64,000 bases of DNA, taken from the NCBI GenBank assembly GCA_963806225.1, contig CAWDXG010000001.1:1696001-1760000 (forward strand), written 5' to 3'. Below the pieces are notes generated by a model that saw only the letters and a program-made list of their open reading frames with translations, had not been told where the DNA came from and did not search any database. Positions 11,657-20,423 of the stretch are shown piece after piece. Position numbers and translations under genes: made by a program. The stretch comes from an uncultured delta proteobacterium (GTDB lineage: Bacteria > Myxococcota_A > Polyangia > Polyangiales > Polyangiaceae). Numbering within the stretch: the stretch's first letter is position 1; the number at the start of each line of letters is the position of its first letter.

Positions 11657-11692
11657 GCGGGGACTCTACCCTGGCGCTGGCGCGGCCGCTCT

Positions 11693-12118
11693 TCAGCGCT
11701 GTTCGCGGTGCAGCGGGACGGGCTGGGGGGGCGGAATTGCGCGCGAGGAGGCGGGCGGCGGATAGGCCGAGGACGCGGGCGGCGGGGCCGGCATAGGGTA
11801 GCCGCTGGCCGGCGCCGGTCCGCGCACGCCGGGCGCCGCACACACGATGCTGACGTTCTGCGGAGTGTAGATCTCCATGGTGAGGTACTGGACGAGCAGA
11901 CGGCCGAAGCCGGTCTTGACGTACAGCTCCGCCCAGCCGCCTGGACAGGTCTTCGACAGGTCGTAGGGTCCGCTGGTCTCGATCAGCCCGCCGAGGAAGC
12001 CGCTGTGCCAGTGGTTCTCGACCACGGCACGGCCGGGCGGCACGCCGGCGTAGACGCTGGTGCGGAAGCAGCCGGTCGCGCACAGCCCCAGCAGGACTGC
12101 CAGTGCCAGCCGCCTCAT
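11693..12118 (-). CDS. Bor-like lipoprotein
   Basis: Lipobox ATGC, FLGGLI, CPGG and IYTPQNVSIVC, then a Pro-rich tail. Confidence 0.7.
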   Translation of the reverse strand: MRRLALAVLLGLCATGCFRTSVYAGVPPGRAVVENHWHSGFLGGLIETSGPYDLSKTCPGGWAELYVKTGFGRLLVQYLTMEIYTPQNVSIVCAAPGVRGPAPASGYPMPAPPPASSAYPPPASSRAIPPPQPVPLHREQR

Positions 12119-12453
12119 CGGGGCTTCTCCGGGCCGCAGGTAATGTAGACGCGGCGGGGTGCGTAGATGCCGACGGTCAGGACGGTGAGCAGGGCCGTCT
12201 TGAAATCCTCGGTTGTCTCGACCTCGTGAACGCGCCCGGACGGGCAGTAGTCACGGATATCGATGCGGGCGTGGCCCACCAGTCCGGCGAGATAGAACTT
12301 CGACCACGCCGCGTGTTCCTTGCCGGCCGGCACCCTGGGGTCGCGGAACGTGGCGTGGCAGCCGCAGAGCGTGGCCACGGCGAGCGCACCGAGCAGCAGG
12401 CGGCCACGGTGCCGCGCGGATCGTGGACGGCGATGCGTGCTCGAATCGGACAT
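12115..12453 (-). CDS. Bor-like lipoprotein
   Basis: Lipobox LCGC, YLAGLV, CPSG and LTVGIYAPRRVYITC; start chosen at MSDSS. Confidence 0.7.
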   Translation of the reverse strand: MSDSSTHRRPRSARHRGRLLLGALAVATLCGCHATFRDPRVPAGKEHAAWSKFYLAGLVGHARIDIRDYCPSGRVHEVETTEDFKTALLTVLTVGIYAPRRVYITCGPEKPR

Positions 12454-12537
12454 GAGCCCGGGCCACGTCATATCACGGGCGTCATGCCTCACGAGCGAAG
12501 CTGTGACATCCGGCTTCGGGAGGCGTAGATCCGGGGC

Positions 12538-13086
12538 ATGAGCGGCCTCGATGTAGTGGGTCCTTCTCTGCCGGATATTGCGCGGGAGGCGATCCGGACG
12601 CGGCTTTCCAGCGGTCAGCGGCTGGTGATCCGCCGGCTCGAGGCTCCGGCGGCGCCGGTGTTCGTCACCTTGCGTAGCCCGGACGGGAGCCTGCGCGGCT
12701 GTATCGGGTCGCTGGTCGCTGCCGAGCGCGACGTCGCCCAGGAAACCGCGCGTAGCGCCGTTCTGGCGGCCACGCGCGATCCGCGCTTCCCCGAAGTCAC
12801 CGCCGAGGAGCTGCCCGGCCTGCACATCGAGGTGAGCGTGCTCATGCCGGAGGAGCCCATTTCGGGCATCTCCGAGCTGGACCCCGCGCGCTATGGCGTC
12901 GTGGTGCGCGACGGATTCGGGCGCCAGGGACTGCTGCTTCCAGACGTTCCCGGCGTGACCGACGCGGCGATGCAGGTCGAGATCGCGCGCCGCAAGGCGG
13001 GCATCGAACCCGAAGCGCGCGTCACGCTCAGGCGCTTTGAAGTCAGGAAGTTCGAGGAACCGCGCGGCCGGGCAGGGTTGGCGTAG
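12538..13086 (+). CDS. AMMECR1-domain protein (AmmeMemoRadiSam protein A-like)
   Basis: VFVTL, LRGCIG, AATRDPRF, IEVSVL, GLLLP and KAG motifs. Confidence 0.88.
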   Translation: MSGLDVVGPSLPDIAREAIRTRLSSGQRLVIRRLEAPAAPVFVTLRSPDGSLRGCIGSLVAAERDVAQETARSAVLAATRDPRFPEVTAEELPGLHIEVSVLMPEEPISGISELDPARYGVVVRDGFGRQGLLLPDVPGVTDAAMQVEIARRKAGIEPEARVTLRRFEVRKFEEPRGRAGLA

Positions 13087-13288
13087 CGTCGAGGCCTACG
13101 GGAGCGCGACCAGGGTCCGCCGAGAACGGGTCTTGCTCCGTGCGCCTCGGCTGGAACCGGGCGCGTTGCGACAACACCCGAGGTGGAAGTCTATTCCCTT
13201 CGCACCTGGATTCCCACCGACGTGGGCGACGTTCCGGGCGCATTGCTGTTCGTCGCTTGCGTGGGGTGGGTGGCAGCCATAGCCTGCA

Positions 13289-15280
13289 TTGCCTTCCTTG
13301 GATCCGTCCTACCTCGATCAAGAGCTGCTTGCCGTCCTCGAGCGTGCCTTCGCGCACCACGCCGGCGCCGACGGCGTGATCGACTTTGCCGATCTGAAGA
13401 AAGCGCTCAGGCTGAAGAGCGACTACCTGGCTCAGCGCATGCTCAAGCTGTTCGACCTGAACGGCGACGGCTACATCACGCGCGACGAGTTCCTCGCCGG
13501 CGTGCGTGCGCTCGTCTTCGGCTCCGATCGAGACAAGCTCTACTTCGCGTTCCGCCTGCACGATCACGACGGCGACGGCAGCATCAGCCAGCAGGAGCTG
13601 CTCAGGATGATCTCGCTCAGCCTGGCCGAGAGCGAAATTGCGGAGAAGCTGTCGCAGCCGCCGGAGTACCTGAGCCGCGCGCTGATGTCGGTCGCCGACA
13701 CCAACCGCGACGGACGGCTGTCATTCGACGAGTTCGTGCGCGCGGCGATGGCGCGGCCCGAGCTGCTGCGCAAGATGACCCGGAACGAGGCGATCTGGAT
13801 CGCTCCCAACGAGGAGCTGCTCGTGCTCGTCGACGAGCGCGCCGCGGGCATGAAGCTCGGGGGTTCCAGTCTGGAGCACGGCGTCGCGCCGTACGTGTTG
13901 CTCGGCCTGTTCGCTTTCGCGATCATCGGCATCTTCACCGCGAGCATGATCCTGGGCGGCGCCTTCGTAACCGAAAATCCGCTGATGCAGGCAGGGCGCG
14001 CCTCCGGGCTGTGCCTCGATTTCGCCGGCGCGCTGATCCTGGTCCCGATGATGCGGCGGCTCCTCACGTGGGTACGCTCGACCTGGCTCGGGCGCGTGAT
14101 CCCGGTCGACGAGTCCGTCGACTTCCACCGCGTCGTCGGCCACTCGCTGTTCTTCCTGGGCCTGTTCCACGCGGGTATGTTCATCGCGGCGTTCGCCGTG
14201 GGCCACACGCCGTCGTCGGCTGCGGGCTTTTTCGAGAGCGAGCGCTTCCTCACCGGTGGCGCCCTGATCGTCGTCTTCGCGATCATGTGGCTGTTCTCGC
14301 TGTCGTTCATCCGCAAGAGCCACCGCTTCGAGCTCTTCGCCACCACGCACCTCCTGTGGATAGCGTGGTTCGTGCTGGCCATCGCTCACGCGCCCTCGTT
14401 TGCGCTCTGGACGGGCGTTCCGCTGCTGGGCTTTCTGGTCGAGCAGGTGGTGCGCCTATCGCGTCGCGCGCCGGCAAGTCCGGTCGTCAGCAGCCGGCCG
14501 CAACGCTCTGGCGTGACGCGACTCGAGATTGCGCGTCCGCCCGGCTTCGACGCCAGCGCGGGCGACTACGTGTTTCTGCGCGTGCCCGCCATCGCCAAGC
14601 ACGAGTGGCACCCGTTCACCATCTCCAGCGCACCCGAGCGGCAGACGCTGACGTTCCACGTGCGCTCGCTCGGCAACTGGACGGCGGCGCTCAGGCAGCG
14701 TGTGGAACAGCGCCCCGACGAGCCCGGGCTCGTCGCGTACGTCGACGGTCCCTACGGCTCACCGAGCGCGCACATCTTCAAGTCGCGCTTCGCAGTGATG
14801 ATCGGTGCGGGCATCGGCGTGACGCCGTTCGCCAGCGTGCTCGAGAGCATCGTGCTGCGCGCCTACGGCCATGGCAGTCGCCCGTCGAACCTGCAGAAGG
14901 TGCACTTCTTCTGGCTGAACCGCGACCAGTACTCGTTCGAGTGGTTTTCGGCGCTGCTCACCGAGCTCGAGAAGATCGATCTCCGGGGCCTGCTCGAGAT
15001 CCACCTGTGCATGACCGGCGCGCGCAGCGGCGCGACCGCGATGGGGCTGGAGATCGCCCGGGAGGTCATGCACGCCTGGGGGCGGAGCGACCTCATCACT
15101 GGGCTCCGCACCCACACCCACGTGGGGCCGCCGGACTGGGAAGCGATGCTGGGCCAGATCTGCGTCTGGCACCCCGACGAGGAAATCGACGTTTTCTTCT
15201 GCGGGCCGCCTGGCCTCGCGAGGAAGCTGCGCCCGGTCTGCGAACGGCTCGGAATGTCGTTCCGCGAGGAGCGCTTCTAG
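13289..15280 (+). CDS. NOX5-like NAD(P)H oxidase: 4 EF-hands, bis-heme ferric-reductase TM domain, FAD and NAD(P)H domains
   Basis: EF loops AGADGVIDFADL, DLNGDGYITRDE, DHDGDGSISQQE and DTNRDGRLSFDE; heme His pairs FHRVVGHSLFFLGLFH and THLLWIAWFVLAIAH; EWHPFTISS, GNWT, VDGPYG, GAGIGVTPF, FFCGP and terminal ERF. Confidence 0.92.
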   Translation: MPSLDPSYLDQELLAVLERAFAHHAGADGVIDFADLKKALRLKSDYLAQRMLKLFDLNGDGYITRDEFLAGVRALVFGSDRDKLYFAFRLHDHDGDGSISQQELLRMISLSLAESEIAEKLSQPPEYLSRALMSVADTNRDGRLSFDEFVRAAMARPELLRKMTRNEAIWIAPNEELLVLVDERAAGMKLGGSSLEHGVAPYVLLGLFAFAIIGIFTASMILGGAFVTENPLMQAGRASGLCLDFAGALILVPMMRRLLTWVRSTWLGRVIPVDESVDFHRVVGHSLFFLGLFHAGMFIAAFAVGHTPSSAAGFFESERFLTGGALIVVFAIMWLFSLSFIRKSHRFELFATTHLLWIAWFVLAIAHAPSFALWTGVPLLGFLVEQVVRLSRRAPASPVVSSRPQRSGVTRLEIARPPGFDASAGDYVFLRVPAIAKHEWHPFTISSAPERQTLTFHVRSLGNWTAALRQRVEQRPDEPGLVAYVDGPYGSPSAHIFKSRFAVMIGAGIGVTPFASVLESIVLRAYGHGSRPSNLQKVHFFWLNRDQYSFEWFSALLTELEKIDLRGLLEIHLCMTGARSGATAMGLEIAREVMHAWGRSDLITGLRTHTHVGPPDWEAMLGQICVWHPDEEIDVFFCGPPGLARKLRPVCERLGMSFREERF

Positions 15281-15281
15281 G

Positions 15282-15983
15282 ATGAGGCGCATCGCGATGC
15301 TGCTGGCGGCCGCGCTCGCTTGTGCGTGCGAGACGACACCGACGCTCGACGTGCAGCCCGCGCCGACGACCGGCAGTGCCGGCGAGTGCGCGACCTGCCA
15401 CACGGCGGAGTTCGAGTCGGCGCGGCACCACGAGGGCGAGAAACCGACGACGTGTGGTGTCTGTCACTCGCAGAGCAGCTGGCATCCCATGCCGCAGCTC
15501 CGCCACAACTTTCCCCTGACCGGCGCGCACGCCAAGGCCTCGTGCTTCTACTGTCACAAGGGCCAGCCGCGCGTGTTCCTCGGCACGCCGCACGAGTGCT
15601 ACGGCTGCCATCGCGCCGACTACGAGAAAGCTCCGCGCCACGTCGAGAAGCATTTTTCGACTGCGTGCGAGGAGTGCCACACCACGACTGCGTGGAAGTC
15701 GCTGCTGCCGCGCGCTGCGGCAACCACGCCCGAGCCCGCGCCCGTGGAGACGAGCACAGCGCGATCGCCCGCAAAGCCCGCGCCGCGGCCCACCTCGAAG
15801 CCGCGTCCGACGCCGCGTCCGACAGCCACACCACGTCCGACCGCGACAGCTTGGCCGACCGCGACGCCGACGCCGACGCCGGCCCCTACGCCCAGGCCCG
15901 CACCCACGCCGGATCCCAGGCCCGCGCCCACGCTGACGTCGCGCCCGCCCGACGTGACGTCCGGCGCCAGCTCGCACCGCTAG
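15282..15983 (+). CDS. Pentaheme cytochrome c, probable lipoprotein, with Pro/Thr-rich tail
   Basis: Five CxxCH (CATCH, CGVCH, CFYCH, CYGCH, CEECH), an FPLTGAH motif, signal MRRIAMLLAAALAC and a (PT)n tail. Confidence 0.85.
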   Translation: MRRIAMLLAAALACACETTPTLDVQPAPTTGSAGECATCHTAEFESARHHEGEKPTTCGVCHSQSSWHPMPQLRHNFPLTGAHAKASCFYCHKGQPRVFLGTPHECYGCHRADYEKAPRHVEKHFSTACEECHTTTAWKSLLPRAAATTPEPAPVETSTARSPAKPAPRPTSKPRPTPRPTATPRPTATAWPTATPTPTPAPTPRPAPTPDPRPAPTLTSRPPDVTSGASSHR

Positions 15984-16066
15984 ACGCCAGCCGACGAGCT
16001 TCGCCGGGAGCGCGACGCTCGCCCATCCGAGACGGCGCGGCCCGTCTGCGGTAGAACTGCCGCGTC

Positions 16067-16804
16067 ATGCGCGGCTTGCTGATCGTTGCGATCGGGATGG
16101 CGTCGTGCGCAACGCGCGCCCCGGCCATGAGCGAGACGGCTTCGAGCAAGGCGGTCGCGACGCGAGGTGAGGCGGGAGCAGCTCATCCCGTGCCGGGGAC
16201 AGACGACTCTGCAGCAGTTTTGCCGACCGCATCGGCTGAACCGACTGCAATCGCCGCGCCGGCTGCACCGACCGGATCGCCCACATCGAACGCGCCGCCT
16301 GCACCGGCCCCGACGCCGACTGCGGCAGTGCGTGAAGAAGTGGGCTTCTGCGCGCACGACTGCACGGTGGTCTGGAGCGCGCACGGCTCGGGGGCGATCA
16401 AGAGCGCGCGGCTGATCGCCGAGTCGCGCGGAGGTACGTGGCGCCTCGGGACGGGCGTGCCCGCACTCTTCGACATCGAGATCACGACCGCGGCGGGGAA
16501 GTTCGTTGCGCGAGGCGTGAGCGCGCAGGAGGGCCTTCGCGAGACGTATGCAGAGGGCGCGAGCCCGCGGCATTTCCGGATCAGGAAGCTGGGGGGAGTC
16601 GAGCGCGTCGTCGCGACTTTCGGCGAGCAGGTTTCCGGTTCGCGCGGCTACCAGGCCAACTGGCGGGTCCTTGTCGTCTGCGGTCTCGGTACCGCCGGCA
16701 CACCCGCATGCTACGTGCTGAACGACGGAGCCCTGCTACCAAGCGGCGACCTCGAAGTGGGCCCCCCCAACGCAAGGCGCCGCTTCACGCCGACTTTCCG
16801 GTAG
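16067..16804 (+). CDS. Hypothetical lipoprotein
   Basis: Signal MRGLLIVAIGMASC, Pro/Ala linker and a globular C-terminal half. Confidence 0.6.
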   Translation: MRGLLIVAIGMASCATRAPAMSETASSKAVATRGEAGAAHPVPGTDDSAAVLPTASAEPTAIAAPAAPTGSPTSNAPPAPAPTPTAAVREEVGFCAHDCTVVWSAHGSGAIKSARLIAESRGGTWRLGTGVPALFDIEITTAAGKFVARGVSAQEGLRETYAEGASPRHFRIRKLGGVERVVATFGEQVSGSRGYQANWRVLVVCGLGTAGTPACYVLNDGALLPSGDLEVGPPNARRRFTPTFR

Positions 16805-16953
16805 ACCGCGCACCTCGTAGCTGGCGCCGGAGTCCGCCTCCGCGTCAAGCCCTCCTGCCCGGAGGCGGCGCGCCCGCGGCGCATGCCCTCAAGAGCGAAC
16901 ACGTCGCGCGCGTGAGCGACGTGGGGACGCTCGACAACGGCGCTCCGTACACA

Positions 16954-17662
16954 CGGCCTTGACCTGCCAGCGGGTTTCGAGTCGGTGCTGCTCAAGTGTC
17001 GGGAGAAGGACCCCGACGCACGTTTCCGGAACGTGGCGGAGTTGGCCGCGGCGCTCGTCGAGTTCGGTCCCAAACAAGCGCGTGCTTCGGCCGAGCGTAT
17101 CTCGAACGTGCTGCAGATTGCGGGGGTGTCGACCCAGGCTATTGCGTTTCCGCCTTCTTTCGCGGCGCCGGCAGCGCCTGCGCCGGCAGTGCAAGCCGCC
17201 CAGAGCGCCGGCGGCGTCGCACCGTGGGGAAACACCGCGATTCCGGGTGAGCGGCGCAGGGGGCGAGCGGTCATCGTGGCGGCGGTGGTGGCGATAGGCG
17301 CGATTGCAGCAGGCGCGCTCGCGTTGCACTCGGGAGCCAGCAGTGCGCCGGCGGCGGCCAGCGCGCCGGCAGCAGCAGCCCAGCCTGCGCTTCCCGAGGT
17401 AGCAGCTGCCGCTCCGCAAGTCGCCCCGATGGGTTCCACGCCGGACCGACAGACTCCGCACGTTGATTCAGCGGCCCCGGTCCAGTCCGTCGCCGCCGAG
17501 GCCGAGCCACCCGCTCGCGCCCCCACGAAGACAAGCCCCAAGAACAAACCGAAGCCTGCGGTCGCTACCGCTTTGCGGCCACCTGCAACGAAGCCTGCGC
17601 CCGTCGCGAGGCCCGCGCGCAACAAACCATCCGTTGATTCGCTGATCGACGAACGCCAGTGA
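16954..17662 (+). pseudogene. C-terminal remnant of a membrane Ser/Thr kinase
   Basis: DLPAGFESVLLKCREKDPDARFRNVAELAAAL (kinase subdomain XI), a TM helix and a Pro/Ala tail; no upstream catalytic subdomains. Confidence 0.7.
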
Positions 17663-18657
17663 GCACGATGAACCACCGTACCGTTGCTACCGCTCTCCTC
17701 TTGATCCTTGTCTCGAGCTCCCAGCTCGCCTTCGCCGGCGACCCCGTGCTGGCCGAGGCCCTGTTCCACGATGGCAAGGCACAGATGAAGAAGGGCAACT
17801 ACGCCGCCGCCTGCCCGAAGCTGGCGGAAAGCTACAAGCAGGACCCCGCAACGGGAACGTTGCTCGCACTGGCGGTGTGCCAGGACTGAGCCGGCAAGAC
17901 TGCAAGCGCGTGGGCGACGTACGGCGAGGTGGCGGCGCGAGCGAAGCGCGAAGGACAGAAGAAGCGCGAGCAGGCCGCGCGCGATCGCATGAAGGCGCTC
18001 GGTCCATTGGGTGTCGGGACGACGCAGGCCATCGAGGCCGGTAGCTATACCGAGCTCTTCGAAATCGACGGGATGAAGGACTTCGCCGGGTCCCTGGACC
18101 AGAACGGACTGGTCGGGGCAGTGTATGTGGGAACGGACAACAGCCAGCAGAAGTTATTCGACGGCTCGGACAATTGGGCCGTGGCCTACGAATCGGTAGT
18201 GGGCGGGGACATCAACACGCCCGCCGTCAGGTTCTCCAATTCGTACATGTCGGGAGGGACCTGGGTCAGCGGCGACAAGGTGGACTTCGAACTGCCCCTC
18301 ACGATCTACGGCTACACCATATGTCTGCCCATCCATGGCGCGGTCGTCACCATGCAGTTCCAGGGAAACTTCCCAAATGCCACGGCGATCAACGGCATCA
18401 TAGCCGGGCACGTCGCCGCGGAAGACGTGGTCGACGCCATCAGCAGCTCCTACGGCAACAACCCGACGCTGAACGGGGTCCTCGACGAGGTCCGCGCAGA
18501 CAGCGGCCTCATGGTGGATGGCACTAGCAGCGATTCGACCAAGACCTGCGACGCCATCAGCATCGGCCTGGGGTTCGACGGGGTGAACGCAGCGGCAAGT
18601 ACCGTAGCGGCCCCGAGGACGCCGTCGAATCCGTGTAGCGACGCCGGCACGAATTGA
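17659..18657 (+). pseudogene. TPR-like secreted protein with in-frame TGA, fused to an unrelated lipoprotein C-terminal domain
   Basis: AEALFHDGK...ACPKLAES...GTLLALAVCQD*AGKTASAW continues in frame past the TGA at 17887-17889. After about 18010 the sequence resembles the protein at 43040-44197. Confidence 0.65.
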
Positions 18658-18703
18658 ACCGCCGCACACCGAGAGGCGGGGCTCGGGCTCTTGATCCGGT
18701 TTG

Positions 18704-18775
18704 TGGGCGCAGCAGGGATCGAACCTGCGACTTCGTCCGTGTGAAGGACGCACTCTACCGCTGAGTTATGCGCCC
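18704..18775 (-). tRNA. tRNA-Val(CAC)
   Basis: Reverse strand reads GGGCGCATAACTCAGCGGTAGAGTG-CGTCC TT CAC AC GGACG-AAGTCGCAGGTTCGATCCCTGCTGCGCCCA; CCA not encoded. Confidence 0.95.
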
Positions 18776-18951
18776 GGCGGGGCCATCGCGGCGGCCCGCC
18801 AGCGTTGCCTCTGGGGGCAACGGCCGCGCTACATAGCGCGGCCTGCGCCGCTCCGCAATCGACCTCCGCCGCCGGGGGGCGACCGTGCCGGGCGTCGGGC
18901 CGGGTCAGCCGGCTGCCGCAGCAGCGGGCTTGGTGTTATAGGGGCGACCCC

Positions 18952-19653
18952 ATGACTGAAATTGGACCGGAGCAGCGGGAGGCCCGCCGCCGGCGTGACC
19001 GCGCGATCGGTCTCGTGATCATCAGCGTGACGTTCGCGATCGCGCTCGCGGTTTCGTGGTGGGCGCGCCGCGCTTCGCGACCCGAGCTGAGCAAGCCGCC
19101 TGCGCCGCCCACCACCGCTGGCATCGTCGGTTTCCCGAAGGCCGTGGATCCGGTCAAGTCGCTGCCCGCGGCGCGGAAGATCACGGAGCGCTCGATCCTG
19201 CGCGGTATCACCGCCGAAGGCGTGTCGAGCGACGGCACCGTGGACGTTACCAGCAAGTCCGGGCGCATCCGCTACGTCTTCCAGAGCTCGCCGGGCGCGG
19301 GGCCGCAGCCCAAGCGGCCGCCGGGGACGCTGCCCCGCCGCCCGTACTGCGGCAAGCAGACGGTGCACCTGCGCGCGAAGGGGCTCTACGACGATCCGGA
19401 TGTGCCGGGCTATCCGTGCTCGCCGCAGCACTACGACGAGCTGCCCGAGCCGCGCTGCAGCATGAAGGACGTCTGGCAGCATGCGATCGCGAAGGGAGCG
19501 CCGAAGGATCATCGCGCGCGCATCGAGTACTACCGCGCGCATGCAGGGCCCGCGTGGAGGTTCGACCTTCCCGGGACGCCCTACCGCTTCAGCCTCTACG
19601 GGGACTGCGGGCGCGAGCTCAAGGGCGCCGACGCGACCACCATCTTCCCTTGA
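18952..19653 (+). CDS. Hypothetical membrane-anchored protein
   Basis: N-terminal TM helix AIGLVIISVTFAIALAVSWW and strong GC3 codon bias. Confidence 0.7.
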   Translation: MTEIGPEQREARRRRDRAIGLVIISVTFAIALAVSWWARRASRPELSKPPAPPTTAGIVGFPKAVDPVKSLPAARKITERSILRGITAEGVSSDGTVDVTSKSGRIRYVFQSSPGAGPQPKRPPGTLPRRPYCGKQTVHLRAKGLYDDPDVPGYPCSPQHYDELPEPRCSMKDVWQHAIAKGAPKDHRARIEYYRAHAGPAWRFDLPGTPYRFSLYGDCGRELKGADATTIFP

Positions 19654-19656
19654 GCT

Positions 19657-20328
19657 TCAGCTGGGCGGCGGAGTCGCGGAGGGCGCGTTCTCCGCGCCGA
19701 CCTGGGCCGCGCGGCGCACCCAGCCGAGGAGCTCCGCGCGTCCGGTGCCGGTGTGTGCCGAGAAGCCGAGTGCGCGGATGCCGCTTGCGCGCATGAGCTT
19801 CGACAGCGCCGGCTTCCGTGCCGAGGACGCGAGCCTGTCCAGCTTGGTGGCGACCACCAGGGTACCGAGCGGCGGTCGGGAGGTCCGGGCTGGGCTGCCG
19901 AGCATCTCGAGCAGGTCGCGGTCGTCGGGCTCGACGCCGCGCCGTACGTCGACGAGCACGACGACGGCCCGCAGCGTCGGTCGCTCGAGCAGGTAGCCCT
20001 CGATCAGATCGGCCCAGTGCCGTTTCTCCGTCTTGGAGCGCTTCGCGTAGCCGTAGCCCGGCAGGTCAGCTAGCGTGAGCACGACGCCGTCGGCGGCTCG
20101 CGTGCGATAGAGCGAGATCTGCCGCGTGCAGCCCGGGGTGGAGCTGGTGCGGACCAGATTCCTGCGCTCCATGAGACAGTTGAGCAGGCTGCTCTTGCCC
20201 ACGTTGGAGCGCCCGGCGAACGCGATTTCGACACCGACCGGCGGCGGCAGCTCGCCTGGCGCCTTGGCACCGGCCACGAACTCCGCCTCGACAATCCGGG
20301 TTTCGCTGGGTTTTGCGGCAGTGGGCAC
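19657..20328 (-). CDS. engB: Ribosome biogenesis GTPase EngB/YihA/YsxC
   Basis: EIAFAGRSNVGKSSL, TPGCT, DLPGYGY, TKLD and FSA motifs. Confidence 0.93.
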   Translation of the reverse strand: MPTAAKPSETRIVEAEFVAGAKAPGELPPPVGVEIAFAGRSNVGKSSLLNCLMERRNLVRTSSTPGCTRQISLYRTRAADGVVLTLADLPGYGYAKRSKTEKRHWADLIEGYLLERPTLRAVVVLVDVRRGVEPDDRDLLEMLGSPARTSRPPLGTLVVATKLDRLASSARKPALSKLMRASGIRALGFSAHTGTGRAELLGWVRRAAQVGAENAPSATPPPS

Positions 20329-20423
20329 GGGCGGAGTGTTGCCTGCCTGGCGCCCCGCGGCCAGTGCTGGCGGAGCCCCGCCGCCTCGCGCTACACTCGG
20401 TGGTGGTGTCTTCGCTTCGACCG

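Noticed and set aside
12538..13086. Complete AmmeMemoRadiSam system
   Set aside because: Only the AMMECR1 component is here; no MEMO or radical SAM gene in the window
13183..15285. 700-aa alternative-frame ORF over the NOX gene
   Set aside because: Arg/Ala-rich shadow frame typical of high-GC DNA; all the motifs are in the 13289 frame
17887..17889. Selenocysteine or recoded TGA
   Set aside because: The position is in a TPR-like helix with no redox motif and lies among other decayed sequence; a nonsense mutation or sequencing error is simpler
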